A stretch of DNA of 59,599 nt, taken from positions 297,774 to 357,372 of the forward strand of contig NMRA01000428.1 of assembly GCA_002633005.1 (NCBI GenBank), in the 5' to 3' direction. Shown here one piece after another: positions 39,134 through 52,753 of this stretch. The translations under genes were made by a program, and so were the position numbers. Origin of the DNA: Phoronis australis. Its lineage: Eukaryota; Animalia; Phoronida. Numbering within the stretch: position 1 is the stretch's first letter; every line of letters begins with the position of its first letter. The notes beneath the pieces were generated by a model. That model had not been told where the DNA came from. It saw only the letters and a list, made by a program, of their open reading frames with translations, and ran no database searches.

Positions 39134-40799
39134 AAGCAAGCGTGTGCTTCGCCCTGTTAGCTGGCTGAAATGGGAATCGAGTTAGGCGTCTGAGCCTCAT
39201 TCATGATTGCTTTTTAGAAAATGTTATTCTGGAATGAAAGGAACGTATGGAGAATGTTTAACTTATGCACCAGCAAAACAATATGAAAGAGTTGTTTTAG
39301 GGGTGAATACTAAGTTAGTTCGACTTTATAAACGCAAAAATAGCAGGCTCGATGTTTTTGGTAAGTCACCGCATGTGATACAATAAAGGTATAAGACTTT
39401 GGACTGGATGATAATACAGTGTAGCTTAGAATATATTGCGACTGTTAAAATTTCCCCCGTCACTAATAGCCCCGCTTTCCCTATGCTATATCTGGAAGAC
39501 ACATCTTTCAGGATTCTAGTTATCTAAAATTGATTGGCCAATGTTAAAAATTCTTTTAAGACAATCGGCATTTTACCAAAAAGCCGCAAAGCAGTCGCTT
39601 TTCGACAACACAAATCACGTCCAAATATCTAAAAGCTAATTTCAAATATAAGGGAGTACTTACAGGGTGTTCTGTCGAAACAGGAATCCCGCTGTAAAAC
39701 ATATATGATGGAGTAGAAAACAGACTCCCGCACTTTCAAAATCAGACCGAAAAACACGAACCCCGTCCTTTAAAACAAGAGTCCCGAGGATCGGACAGGA
39801 CACCCGTGGACCGAAACACCACCCCCGCACTTTCTGTTCTTACGAAATGTGTCAATTTCACATTTTGTTGAAAAAATCTTCCTACTGTAAATAGTTGTTG
39901 TGATGTGTTGTTGTACTATATGAAGTTTAGACAGCTTATGACTATTGAAGTTCTACCGCGTTTATTCTGCTGCTAAAGTTGTGGTGCGCCATGAAATATT
40001 GCGTTACCTCTTGGCCAATTTCTTTTTTCCCCATCTTCAAAAAAATGTTCTTATCCAGGGCGAGGTTGCGTACATATCACATCAAATTATTGGTACTGGT
40101 TTCATTTCGTTACAAGTATTTTTTATTTTAATACCAGTAAAGCGAATTTGAGAACAAATTTTGCAACAGTGATCTGCCAAATAGAATCCATTGAGTTCAT
40201 AAATTCCGATTCCAATTTCCGTTTTAATGTTCTAGGAGGAGTTGACGAAGTACACTTTACTTTCTTGAGGGCAAAGAACGGTGAAATTGTGACGGTGCAG
40301 GTCTTTTGAATGAACAATTCTCGCACTCCAGTACGGGAGATTTGTTTCGACGAAACACCTTGATTTAATTTACAAAATGTTGCCAGGTTGAGTTTTCGTT
40401 ACTCAGGTTTTTCTCACTAATGAATTACTAAATAACATTCCAGATTTTCCTCATGTCTCATGAAATGTTATGTTCGATTTTTACAGGCAATTTCCTTTTT
40501 AATACTGTAGTCATCCTCGATAAAATTCAAAACCCCATAAGACGTCTTTGCTTTTCTTTGCATTTACTATTGTAATTTCTGTACATTATTTCGGTAACAA
40601 AAACCACGTAGCATGTATGGTGTAATTTGATTACTAGACCGAAATTGCTCTTTTATACGAGATAATGTTTACACGTATGTGTCGACCTGCACTTGCAATT
40701 ATACATGTACATGTAACATTGTGGTTAAGAATTATCCCAAAAGATGTTTAAATGTCTCAGTTGACTCGTTACAAAACGAGTAATTATAGTTTCCTTGGT

Positions 40800-40940
40800 G
40801 TGGGTAGTTTTCAAGAAAGTTTTTGGATAGAATTCTGTCTGAAAATCTAAACTAGATCCATTTAATTTTCAAATCTTTTGTAACGAAATGAGCACGAGAG
40901 TACAAGTCTCTCCAGTCAAAGTTTTCGTCCCAAGCCCAAT
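40800..40940 (-). mobile_element. Highly decayed L1/Tx1-type ORF2 C-terminal fragment
   Basis: DENFDWRDLYSRAHFVTKDLKIKWI*F*IF resembles the W..IY....T.D.KL.WFQ.RI segment of Tx1/L1 ORF2. Confidence 0.45.
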
Positions 40941-41715
40941 CCATACGACAATCTTGATCATGCTATTGAGCCTTGCCTAAAAAGTTCACAAATATGTCAA
41001 CATCCTCCCCCCTGCCCTGTTCTTAATTTAAATAATACTATTTCGTGAACATTGTCCATGAGGCAGAGAAAGCATCCCAGCACATCGTCGAAGGAATGCA
41101 AACGTGTTCTTTCAATGGTATGTCAAGGGTGTTATACCACATTCCAGTTTCGGGGGCAGTGTTCCAGAGATTTGAGCTTTGGTTTTGCCGACTTTCAGAT
41201 TCACTGAGCATGTTATTTTATATTTTCTGTAAAAACATCACAGACACAGTCGTAAATTCATGCTTGGAGATTAAAAAGAGCAAAAGACATTGACAAAATT
41301 TGTTGATTATATTTGTTGCTAAATACATTGTAGATTTCCTTTCGTGTCACCGAAAAATGGCTATTTTCAACAATTTTCTCGGGCTCATTAAAATGCTTGG
41401 CTTCGGCCTTACAAATGTACCTTTAAGCACGTCTTGTTTATTTAACGACGTTGTCTATCCTGTGGATTTTGGCCATGCAGTCTTACATTCTAGAGGCAGT
41501 TACCGTGACCAACACCAAAACAAGCAAATGGAGGTGCTGTATACTCACATGAATTGTAACAATTTTCAACTTTACATTTCTATAACAAGCTTTCTTCTGA
41601 CAAGGTACACGGATGGTCAGTCTATTGTCATTCAAAATGGAGTTACAAGTTGAATGTTCGCTTTGAACTAAAAACCAAAGGAAGTAAACGCTTCCTGGCT
41701 AGTTGCTGTAAACCA

Positions 41716-41932
41716 GGGACATGTTCCAAGAAACCGACTTAATTCATGTTGAGTGAAGTCTAAGATTTGCACCAACTTCGAAATTTTGAAACTTTCATAT
41801 CAGGTACGATTGACAAAACTTCAGTTAAAAAATCTAAGTCAAACTTAAGACTTCTTTCTTGAAAGGAATTCGAGAGAAATTCAAGTTTTATTGCCTGAAA
41901 TTGAAGATTTGCCTTTCTTGGAACCGGGTCCC
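41716..41932. mobile_element. Harbinger-like MITE
   Basis: Imperfect TIRs gggacatgttccaagaaa and tttcttggaaccgggtccc. Confidence 0.5.
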
Positions 41933-42135
41933 ATATTCACAACGTCACTAGAAACAAAGCTGTTTGTTTCGATGAGTCAATCGTTTGGCTCATCTCACTC
42001 GACTATTTGTTCACATGTACTGTAAATATTGCAAAATTTAGCACATTGTCTTGTGCGTGAAAAATCAGCGTCTATTAAAATTGTTGTCGTCGTCGTCATC
42101 ATCATGATTATCATTAATTTTAAATGCTTTTGAAT

Positions 42136-42165
42136 TGTTATTATTATTATTATTATTATTATTAG
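42136..42165. repeat. (TTA)n microsatellite
   Basis: Directly visible. Confidence 0.9.
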
Positions 42166-43964
42166 TATTATGTGCCCAGATAACTTGTCAACTTGCTTCA
42201 AATCATTGGAGTAGATCTTATCAGTTTTGCATAGGACAAGCTTGAATTGAAATAAATTTCTAAATCAAGCATTCAACTCGAAATGTGATTTTCTATAAAT
42301 CTTTATTAAACAAAATATACAGATAACAAAACAGGATTGGCAACTTAAGCAAACCATTCACGCCCACACAAACACACACATGCAACCTAGTGTGGGGGTC
42401 AATTACAACTCCAAGTTACCTCAAGATCAGAGCACCATAACAGGCCAACTTTTACTGAAATCCTCAAATTATAAATATTTCCAAAATGTCTCTTTCAATT
42501 TTAAAATATCCGAAGACATCCCTTCAAGACTGAAATTATGAAGTTCAGATGCATGCTTTATCGTGAAGAGTCTGTCTATGATTCATAATGATACAGCTTG
42601 GCACTGGCGCGGCGTAGCTCATGGGTGCTCTCCGAATGTGAGGTGGGCGGTAGGGCGGCACCCCAATGGGTGAGGGCAAACCATCAAGAGACGGAGACTA
42701 CAATAGTGCCATTGGTTTATCAATTGGCGGTCACCAATATCCACCAGGTCGCCACTGCTCCCCCATAGCCACTAATTTTCCCCTGTAGCCATTATCCCCC
42801 TCCTCTCATCACCACTGCTATATTCCCCTCTAATTCGGTCTATAAATTTGTTTCAGGGCGCCTCAGAAAGGATACGTTCTCTGTATATAACGGGAACTGT
42901 TTCCATTGGTTATTGGCGGTACTTATACTTCTAATTGTTATTGAGAGTCTCTTTTGTTTATTACATTTTTGGAAACATGTTTTCCTAGATTCATCTGAGC
43001 CCAACGTTTTAAGCAAAAATTGTTTTCATGCATAAAATTCAGCATTACAAATGTCACAGTTTCTGTCCAAGATTTTTCATTGACTTTAACAATCTCCAAG
43101 ATTTTTGTCATAAAGGAATCTAAATGTTTGATTACAAGATTAATTACTTAGTAGTAGTCGTTGTTTGACCAACTTTAAGATTACAAGAACGCGTATAGGT
43201 TTCAGTGAAAGACGAGCGTTTTTGCCCCTGAAGCCAATACTCAGTTTTTGTACTGATTTTAAGGAGCAGCAACATTTTTGTTATAAAAGAATCAAACTAA
43301 ATGTTTTATTACAAGATTATTTTTCTTAACAATGGTCGGTCCTTGACGAATTATAAGATTGCAAGAACAAGTGCAAGACGACCATTTTTGCCTCTGCATT
43401 CAATGATATGAAGCTTCAGCCTACTTCGGATCCGTACTTTCGTTCTATTTCATTTGCATTTAAAACACGTTTGTGAAAGGGACATTGCGTTTCATTCATT
43501 CTACTGAATATTTTATATCAATAATTATAGCCATAATAATCTCACAGCTTTGGATCCCCTGGGAGAGACACAAGGTCTCTTGTCAAAGATTGTAAGAAAA
43601 TGGAAGTAAGCATTTTTGTGCATTAGAAAAACCTTCATTACGTTAAATGTTATTAATGTTATTTTCATTGCTTACGTTTTGCTTAACATTATATTATCTC
43701 AAGATTTCAATAAGTGGAAAATAACGTATTTTGCTGCATGTAGACATTCTTGCGTGCCTGTTCGGTAATTTCATTTTTATTAACCGAGACTTGTATGAAT
43801 CTGGTTTGATTTAAAAAACTGCTACCTTAAACTCTTGGGACATTCGGGGCACCGGACAGCTTGACCCCATCCTCTTGCTTGACAACTGACAGCAACTCCA
43901 ATGGTGTGATTTGCCTGAAAGTATGTCTGCTTACTGTCAATTCAGGAGCCTAAAGGAAAGTAAA

Positions 43965-44122
43965 CCAGGGCCCAGTTGCATAAAAGTTATACGCCGTATA
44001 GCAACAATGACGTCGCATTATCACGCGACACGTTGTTATTGTAGAACAATGCACATGACGTCATGCAACAATCAAACTTATCCAGCGGATATCTTTTAAA
44101 TCTTTATGCAACTCAGCCCTGG
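43965..44122 (+). mobile_element. About 158-bp Harbinger-like MITE, copy 1
   Basis: TIRs ccagggcccagttgcataaa and tttatgcaactcagccctgg; inverted copy at 57571-57727. Confidence 0.8.
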
Positions 44123-44669
44123 TGGATATTTCATAGTTATACTGTAAGTATTCATTTATACTGTTGGCATTCTGGGCACTGGACAGCTTGCTCCCGTCCC
44201 CATTCCCGACAACTGGACAGTAACTCACGTGGTGCTATTTGCATGAAGGTTCGCTTACCCTCAAATTTGCTCATCTCAGTTTACATTTACTTGCCATGAT
44301 TATTGAAGTTGCTGAACCTACCTCCCACTTCAGAAGAAATGAGCTGGCGAGTAATCCTTGAAAGACATTTGTCTGGTAACAAGGCTATAGAGAATTTCTT
44401 ATATTATCCTTTACCTCTAACCAACACCTCCTGTTTGAATCTCACTTGTGTCCATGTGTATTCACAAGAATTACACACCACGAAAGCAACTTTTTCCAGA
44501 TTGCCAAAACACTAATGAAAGGAAATTGTTTGCTTGATGTGCAAATCTCTTTAGCTACAAGGCAACAAATTCTTATTGCAGGTTTGCTTTTTCGGTTATT
44601 TTTCATTCACTATATGAAGTTCTCAACAAATACGTTTTATTTTTAATAGTAGTACTGAGGTCATTTATT

Positions 44670-46135
44670 GTGGACAAATAAAACAACAAGAATAATGTAT
44701 ATTTTAAGTTGTATTGGGAATTTCAGGGTCACAGCTGTACAAATAAGTATTTCACAGAAGGAACCAGATGGGTTCCTTAATTACAAGAGATAACACACAC
44801 ATATTTCCGATACTCAAAGTACAACTGAGTATCGGATGCTAAGTGGCACAGGTTAGCCTAGTACCAAACGGGTACATAATACCAAATGGGCACATAATAC
44901 CAAATGGGTATTGGCCGATTGCCTACCAACTGGGTCGAGCAAAACGGCAAATTCAATAACAAGTACCAAGTGGGTACAAACTGCCAAATGGGCAAATATC
45001 ATATAAAGTACCAAGTGGGTACACCAAACAGCCAACTGGGCTATAACAACCTGCAAAGCAGGGTTCCGGACAAGCTGAGTGAGCAGACCAGCCGGAGTGA
45101 TAAAAAAGATATTGTAAGGAACGTGGTGTTGTGGCTCAGTATGTGCCGAGAGCTGTGACCGGGGTGGAGAGAAGCAAGCTGCAGTGATGGATGCTCGAGT
45201 ACAGGTTGGGTCGCTAGCCAATGACGTAGGTTCTTGCCAGACGGTATGACGCTCCGGGCCTGAAGAAATTACCAGCAGGGACTGAAAAAACAACAATAAC
45301 CAACAGAAGATTTTGTTCGACGAAAGGGAGAGAGTGTGGGAAAGGTATGAATCGGTTGAGAGGAGATGTCGTGGTACCCAGGGTAGGGAGGGTGGGAGAA
45401 GTATAAAATTGGCTAATTAGGAAAACTTACGAGTGAACATACTGTTGCTTGAGGCTGGGCCAACAGGAAGCTGGAGAGAAAGAACAAACAGCGCTACCAT
45501 CAGACTTGGTAGAAACTTACTAGGAGTTGGATATGAAGCATGAAGGGCTGTATAATGTTATTTGCCCAAATAATAGGATTGATGTCAGAGTGCCATAAAT
45601 CTCATTATTGGGGACAAATAAAACAACAAGAATAATGTATATTTTAAGTTGTATTGGCAATTTCAGGGTCACAGCTGTACAAATAAGTATTTCACAGAAG
45701 GAACCAGATGGGTTCCTTAATTACAAGAGATAACAAACACATATTTCCGATACCCAAAGTACAACTGAGTATCGGATGCTAAGTGGCACAGGTTAGCGTA
45801 GTACCAAATGGGTACATAATACCAAATGGGTATTGGCCGATTGCCTACCAACTGGGTCGAGCAAAACGGCAAATTCAATAACAAGTACCAAGTGGGTACA
45901 AACTGCCAAATGGGAAAATATCCTATAAAGTACCAAGTGGGTACACCAAACAGCCAACTGGGCTATAACAACCTGCAAAGCAGGGTTCCGGACAAGCTGA
46001 GTGAGCAGACCAGCCGGAGTGATAAAAAGATATTGTAAGGAACGTGGTGTTTACTAAGTATAAAATTGGCTAATTAGGAAAACTTACGAGTGAACATACT
46101 GTTGCTTGAGGCTGGGCCAACAGGAAGCTGGAGAG
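44670..46135. repeat. Tandem duplication of an LTR-like unit of about 940 bp; second copy internally deleted
   Basis: 44672-45128 is nearly identical to 45612-46050, and 45400-45478 to 46057-46135. Confidence 0.85.
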
Positions 46136-47028
46136 GCTTCGACACCTTTTCTTGTATATACTTAAGTGTTGAAAGTATTGCGATTTGATAAAAATTCACT
46201 CTATTTTATTAGTTTATTGGCCTAAATTCAAGAAATAACATTTTCAAGTTTGGTGTAATTGGTATTCACAAATGTGACATTTACATGTACGCATGAAAAT
46301 TCCTGGTCCCAATGAGATGAGTGATAATCCTGTCGTTACGATCAAAATGCAAGTTCTTTGATCATTAAGTTCTTTGAAATATAGGTTTCTGCGTTGTACA
46401 TTGGTTGGTAAAAGAAATTAACTAAAAGGCATTGAGCCTGAATAACAGTGGTGGGTGTTTGTCTTACAAATGTGATTATAGATTACAATGCATGATCGCT
46501 TGCTGAACACTCTCCAACCATCGATTATTAAAATCTATCCTGTTTTCCTGATACTCCACAACTTAAAACTTGCGATTGCTGATCCTTGCTTTATGCAAGA
46601 ATGGCGTATTGTAAACTGGACTTTTAACATGTAACTACCACCGCTCATTTCTGACCCGGGACACTTCTGGTGCCGAGTATGCGGTAGGGATGATCCTCCA
46701 CATTCAAGAAGATCTGCAGCTTACTGGCCGATTTATTATTATGAATTTCAGCGCTTATGGATATCGGTAGTCTGTTTATTAAATGCAACATCTAGAAGAT
46801 TTTCCACTGACTACATGTACATGTATATGGCATATCTTTGTAAGACATTGTCATACTTGTATCATCTTATCATACCTTATCGTAAAAAGGGACACTATAG
46901 TGGCAGAAATCGTCGTTTTCATTTCTCTCAGATCCATTAAAACACACCTACAATCTTCCATTTCAGTGCTAAATTCACATCACTTCCAGCAGGTATTAAA
47001 AGGTAATAAAAAACTCACTATCTACCAA

Positions 47029-47067
47029 TGATTATTATTATTATTATTATTGTTATTATTATTATTA

Positions 47068-47107
<40 letters not shown>
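47029..47107. repeat. (ATT)n microsatellite
   Basis: Directly visible; explains the poly-Ile ORF. Confidence 0.95.
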
Positions 47108-47394
47108 CTACCATGCTTTTGCGTTAATTGCTTTTAAAGTTGTTTCTGATGTGATATTTGCTCTGCTTGACATACATGTAGATGAATTTGGTTTAACCTT
47201 TGTAATAATGTCATAGGTTTACCACGTTCGTGTGGGTACAAATCTTTTATCAAAGAATCGTTGTTCCTAGACCAGGCCTTGCAATGCGCCCGTGTTGGAG
47301 TGTGTTAAAGAGTGATGCTGATCAATAATGATTACAAGAATTAGAACTGGTCCAATGAGCAGATGGAACTTAGATCAGATGATGTGACGATTCT

Positions 47395-48560
47395 ATCAAA
47401 CATGTGTTTAGAAGAAACTTCCTTTAATAACCGTTTAAAAGAACTCAAGCACTATCTAGTTCAACGTCATTTCCCCTTACATCTTATACACAAACAGTTT
47501 GACAAAGTCCGTTCAATCACACGAAATGAATCTTTAAGAACTAAAACTAAAGGCAATACTACTAAAAGAATACCATTCATAACCATGTTCAATCCATGTT
47601 TAAACGGAATTAGCCACCTCTTCAGAAAACATCTTTCCACGTTGCATATTTCCCCTCAAATGAAAAACCTATTTCCTCACCCACCTATAATTTCTTGGAG
47701 AAAATGTAAAAATCTAAAAAATTATTTAGTTAAAGCTAATATCGACTTTATAAACCAAACTGACAAACCTATTGGCAACACACAATGTAACAAAACTAGG
47801 TGTAAAATGTGTAACTTTATCAACGATAGCACTTTTTTCCAGTCTTCCCAAACCAATGAAACCTTTGAAATAAAATATTATTCTGATTGCATCACCGACA
47901 ATATTATTTACCTTATAACTTGTAAAAAATGTTCTATCCAATACGTAGGACGAACTCAACATACTCTACAAACTCGATTTCTTAATCACAGATTTAACAT
48001 AATACATAAAAACATTGATATGCGCTAAACTGCAAAGCGATACCGAAGCTAGTTTACAGTGAAACAACACGTGTAGATGAGATAAAAGGTAATATATATT
48101 ATGACAAACTAAACTACTACAGATATTGGTAATTACAAAAGTTACATAATATGGTGAACTGTAAAGGTGGGTGACAATCTGCCACAGATGCAGCAGAAAG
48201 ATACTATAGGTAATCATTTCAATTCCAAAAACCATAATATTCAAGATCTTTCTGTACAAATAACAGAAAAACTCCAACACCCCAGTACCCCTCACAGACT
48301 CAACAGAGAACAATATTGGATAGACAAGCTCAATACAATAGAACCGCATGGATTGAACATAAAAACTTCTTGAAATATATCATTGAATTTTTACGCAAAA
48401 ATGTATCATATTCATTACACCATATCTTAAATGTCAATTGTCATATAGTGTTTGATTTTACTATATTTCTGTTTCTGTTGACAAAGGACGTTATTACATC
48501 CGAAAATTTCAGTTGATCCAATCTTGTTGTTTTATTTACCTATTTATAATCTACATTTCG
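47395..48560 (+). mobile_element. Penelope-like retroelement 3' fragment (RT thumb, Cys linker, GIY-YIG), interrupted by a 183-bp insert
   Basis: CNKTRCKMC, NIIYLITCKKCSIQYVGRT...RFLNHRFNI, then IGNHFN...RLNREQYWIDKLNTIEPHGLN. Confidence 0.88.
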
Positions 48561-50526
48561 TGAAACAATAGTATCCTTGGGAGGATCTGGATCACTTTAT
48601 TTAATTTCAGATTTATTTTCTACGTTGAAAAGTAAGAAAAATTAACCATTCTTTGCTTCCAGGAAGGTAGTGACTTGTGTAAACTATTTTGGGTACACAC
48701 AAAGTGTGAAAAAGTTGGCAACGTTCAGTTGTCACATCTGCAGATTGCAGTTGTTGGTATGTGTGTTTACTAAAACAGATGAGAAAGTGAGTGTAGATGC
48801 ATTATTCACTAATAATGCTATAAAATGCAGACAAGAAGTATGCCAGTTATTCGGACACCAAGCTTTTAGCCCATTCTAGAACATGATGCATGCAAGTCAG
48901 TGGATGTAAAAGTTCCAAATACAGAAATGCTCTATTTGAAGATGGTTCACACGGAGCCAGATACACAAGACTTTTCTAATGTTTTAACAACTGCATATAC
49001 ATGTGGCCAATACAGAGGCTAATCCATCAAGTGTTTTGTATCTCAGTCTACCATTAAACGTTGTACATGTAGTTTTGGTTTGTGTAGCAGGTGTGACTTC
49101 CCAGTTCATCAAGCAAGAATAACCTGTCTGTTGTCAATACTTTCAGCCTTAATACAGAGTTTTCACACTCCCATATTCCAGGCACAGTGCATTTTGATCA
49201 AGTTTGCACATATTTGTTCAGAAAATTCATTCTACTTTATTTTTATTTCTTGATTCAAACATAATCTCTCCTAGGGTAATAATTGTTTAATCTTGTCAAT
49301 CTTGTATATAGTATTTTAAATAATTATTTGTTTTAATTTCATATTTATTTATTTTATAACTTATGTATTTATTTGTGGGTATACATATACTAACCTGTGG
49401 CTAATATTTTTCTTTTGTTTTACTGAAACCAACTATAAATAGACCGATTTGAAAAAATGACTTGTTATGAGTACTATTAATCTTATAGATTTTCATATCA
49501 CTTTTTGTCAGCATCATATTTCAAGGTATTTATTTTGATTCATGATAGTTGTTGGCGGCTCACATGAGTCTTACATCAAAACTCATACTTTAAATACCCA
49601 TTTAAAACCGAATTAGGTCACACTTGTCACTTCCACTCCATTCCATTCCATTCATACACTTTCGTTATTCATTGAAACAATGATCAGTGCCAAACATGAC
49701 CAGGCAAGTCGCACCAACTTATTTATTGGCTTCAACCAATCTGACTAAGGAACTCCTTGGGACCACTGTAAATACATTTGTTGAAATTGCTTAACTTCAA
49801 TAGAATTTTTACTTTATATGTATTGGTTTAACCACAGAGTCCAAGCAATAAGATAATGCGACTTTAAACACTCAAAAGTAGGCCCGTCAAATGATAGGTG
49901 AAGTTGCCTTTTCGTGCCATTTTGAGTCACCGTGAGAACTACGCACAAACAACAAACAGCCAATAACATTTGCATTGATTATGGTACTGCATAGAACACT
50001 ATTGCGTGTGAGTGTTATTCACAGCTGCTTAAATAGAGCTGTCCCACATTACACATCGACACTCGAATCTAACTGTATATAACCACAATGCCGTAAACAT
50101 GCGTTAGACACATTTGTTGCCTCGTTTACTTGATACTGGAGTTTTACATGTTATACATTGTTGTCTGAGTTTAAACAAGTTTTTCTCGATTGCATTACTC
50201 TATTCGTCCATCCAGTGACAACGAAGTATCACTGCTGTGCTGTGGGCTGTAACACGAAAATGTGCCTGATTTTCAAAACTAGGTCACGCGCTTTATTATC
50301 TCTGGGAAAAGGAGAGTTCTGTCGCCGTGAAATCCGGGATGACCCTAATAATAGGTGATTCTCGTGGTGACATAGATAAAAGTAAGCCATTAAGTTTAAC
50401 ACTTCATAACATATGGCAGTTCATGGCATTGATGGGCTCAGAGGGATGCTCCATAACACTGAAGAGTTGTATGTTAGATGTTTACTATTGCACATTCACA
50501 GACCAGCAAGTGACGCCATGCCATAC

Positions 50527-51684
50527 CTTGTTAAGAGTCTGCATTAGGTGTTGCTTGAAACGATTGTAAGATCTTTATCACAACTGGGTGGCGTGAGTAA
50601 AAGGCCTCTTAATTGGTTCTTGCCACATGGATCCAAATCTTGCAAAGATCTGAAGCAAGTTCCCGGTTTCCTTTTCAGGCACAAAACGAGATCTTTATAA
50701 CTGGTAAAACAAAATAAACATTTCGTCATAATAATTTACCGTCCTAGTCCCCATTCCCATCTCCATCTCTGGCAACGACGTTGTGACGCACATGTGTCGT
50801 CATTGGAAAAATGTCATTTATAAACATACACGTGGCCTTATAGGTATCATACACATCCCCGACAGGATAATGTCAAGGTTCCTATCACAAAATGCCACCA
50901 GCCGAGTTTGATTGCTCATCCCATTTAGTAAAACACATAAAATTTACGTGCCTACAAATCACAAGCGGTACATGGAGTACAAACTGCAATTTTTATTCAA
51001 CTCTTTCAGGTGACATGGAATAACCTTCGTCTTTTCAAAATTGAACTTAAATACCCAATTTGGCTTGTCGCCCACTACCTAAATTGAGTTTTTCAATTTA
51101 AACACCCCACATAATAATCGATGGCCCGCATCTCAACTTTAGAGATCAACCTTACAGTTTTGCACATGTACCAGGGGCAGACCCAGGATTTTGTGTTAAG
51201 GGGGGGGCAGCCTAAAATGTAGGGATGCAGGGGTCTCGAATGTTTGGGTTTGCGGACCTTTCGACTAAAAAAAACGGTAAACGGGTTTTTTTCAGGGCCT
51301 ATGCATTGTTTATTCACCCAGTGAGCGCCCCTGGTTGCGCGCAAGTCCTTGTCAGCAATTCGCACCGGATGCCAAATGATATCTGGTACAATTTTAGGGG
51401 GGTCCATGGCCCCCTTGGCCTCCCCCTAAATCCTCCACTGTGTACAATTAAGGACAAATTAAAACAAACTGGTAGACAAGACTCACTGTAATTATGTCCT
51501 GAGTTTCTCCAGATGGTCTGTCTATACAACTTTGTCACATACTCATCTTCTGTTGTGCACTTCTTGAGAGTCAGCAACTCATTGTACTTCATTGGCATCT
51601 TTCAGAAATGCTTTTTGAAAAGCTATCGGAGAACCACCACACCACAAAACCTCTGGCTGCAACTGGTAGTTTCACAAGCGAACA
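50527..51684 (-). pseudogene. Candidate decayed exons (51487-51684 and 50527-50700) of an unidentified gene
   Basis: Both are bounded by pyrimidine-tract AG and GTGAGT/GTATGG, have lengths divisible by 3 (198 and 174) and read protein-like, but contain in-frame stops. Confidence 0.3.
51172..51440 (+). mobile_element. MITE of the CAGGGGCRGATCCAGG family with a TGTAC direct-repeat flank
   Basis: Termini caggggcagacccagg and ccctaaatcctccactg; TGTAC on both sides; body homologous to 54150-54358. Confidence 0.7.
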
Positions 51685-51765
51685 CTGGAATTAAGTATGA
51701 ACTAAAAATGATGAGGTGCAGACTACTGTTTGCCACACAATATTCTTTTAGATAAACTGACAATT

Positions 51766-52753
51766 GAGAGAGTGGGGTAAGACGGCACCCTTAACTTTAA
51801 AGATCCATTACCCAAAAAGTATACAATGTATGTACAACGAAATTATCATGTTCGAAGAGCTTACCTTGTAGTTTATAAAAAACATAATTAGTAGAATTGA
51901 AATTGCACCGTCTTGGCCTAAGACAGATTTGACTTTTTAAGGGGTGCTGGGCTGTTTTACCTTACTTTGCAGTTAAGACGGTCACTGCAGTTTGGTAAAA
52001 CGGCCCTGCTACTACGAACACAGATTAAATGTAATCATCGATTTATACAACGAAATTTCATAACAATTCTTTTTCTTCTTTATTTTTAAATCATACATTA
52101 TACAATATGCGTTCTTAGCTTTTAAAAACTTAACATGACAAAACTGGCAGTTTACATTTAATGTAGCAACTAACAGTAAATTTTCTACCACGAGCAGTCG
52201 CTAGAGGCAGAGGTCACAGACGTAATCTTCATCTTCGCTATCTACCCCGGCACATTGGTCATGGGCCCATTACGGTCTTTAAATCTACGCTTCAGAGTAG
52301 TTCTCGGTACTCCAAACTGCCTTGCAGCAGTTTTACAGCCCATCTCTCTCCTTCTCATCGCGGCTATTGCCTTCTCTATGTCCTCCCTTTCTGGCCACGC
52401 ATTTCTTAAAGACGTTCTTATATATTTCCGCGGCATTATCTACAAAACAAAACATTAAAAAGGATTTCTGATATCTATTAAATATGTAAGGGGTAAAACG
52501 GTCACCCTGTCCGTCTTATCCTACTACCCAGCTGTCAGTCTTATCCCACTACCCAGCTGTCCGCCTTATCCCACTACCCAGCTGTCCGTCTTATCCCACT
52601 ACCCAGCTGTCCGTCTTATCCCACTACCCAGCTGTCCGTCTTATCCCACTACCCAGCTGTCTGTCTTATCCCACTACCCAGCTGTCCGTCTTATCCCACT
52701 ACCCAGCTGTCCGTCTTACCCGTTAATGATGTCACCACAATCAAGAATCAAGC
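51766..52753 (-). mobile_element. Internally deleted pogo/Tigger-like DNA transposon retaining the HTH-psq N-terminus (52242-52436)
   Basis: MPRKYIR...IEKAIAAMRRREMGCKTAARQFGVPRTTLKRR is an HTH_psq domain; left terminal motif gagagtggggtaagacggcacc. Confidence 0.75.
52506..52721. repeat. 25-bp minisatellite (cccagctgtccgtcttatcccacta), about 8.5 copies
   Basis: Period 25 confirmed by gctgt at 52531, 52556 and 52581. Confidence 0.95.

Noticed and set aside
44853-46038. ORFs within the duplicated unit
   Set aside because: Low-complexity products of internal micro-repeats.
47028-47216. Poly-Ile ORF
   Set aside because: Translation of the (ATT)n microsatellite.
52506-52721. 25-bp repeat as a CRISPR array
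   Set aside because: No spacers; it is a minisatellite.
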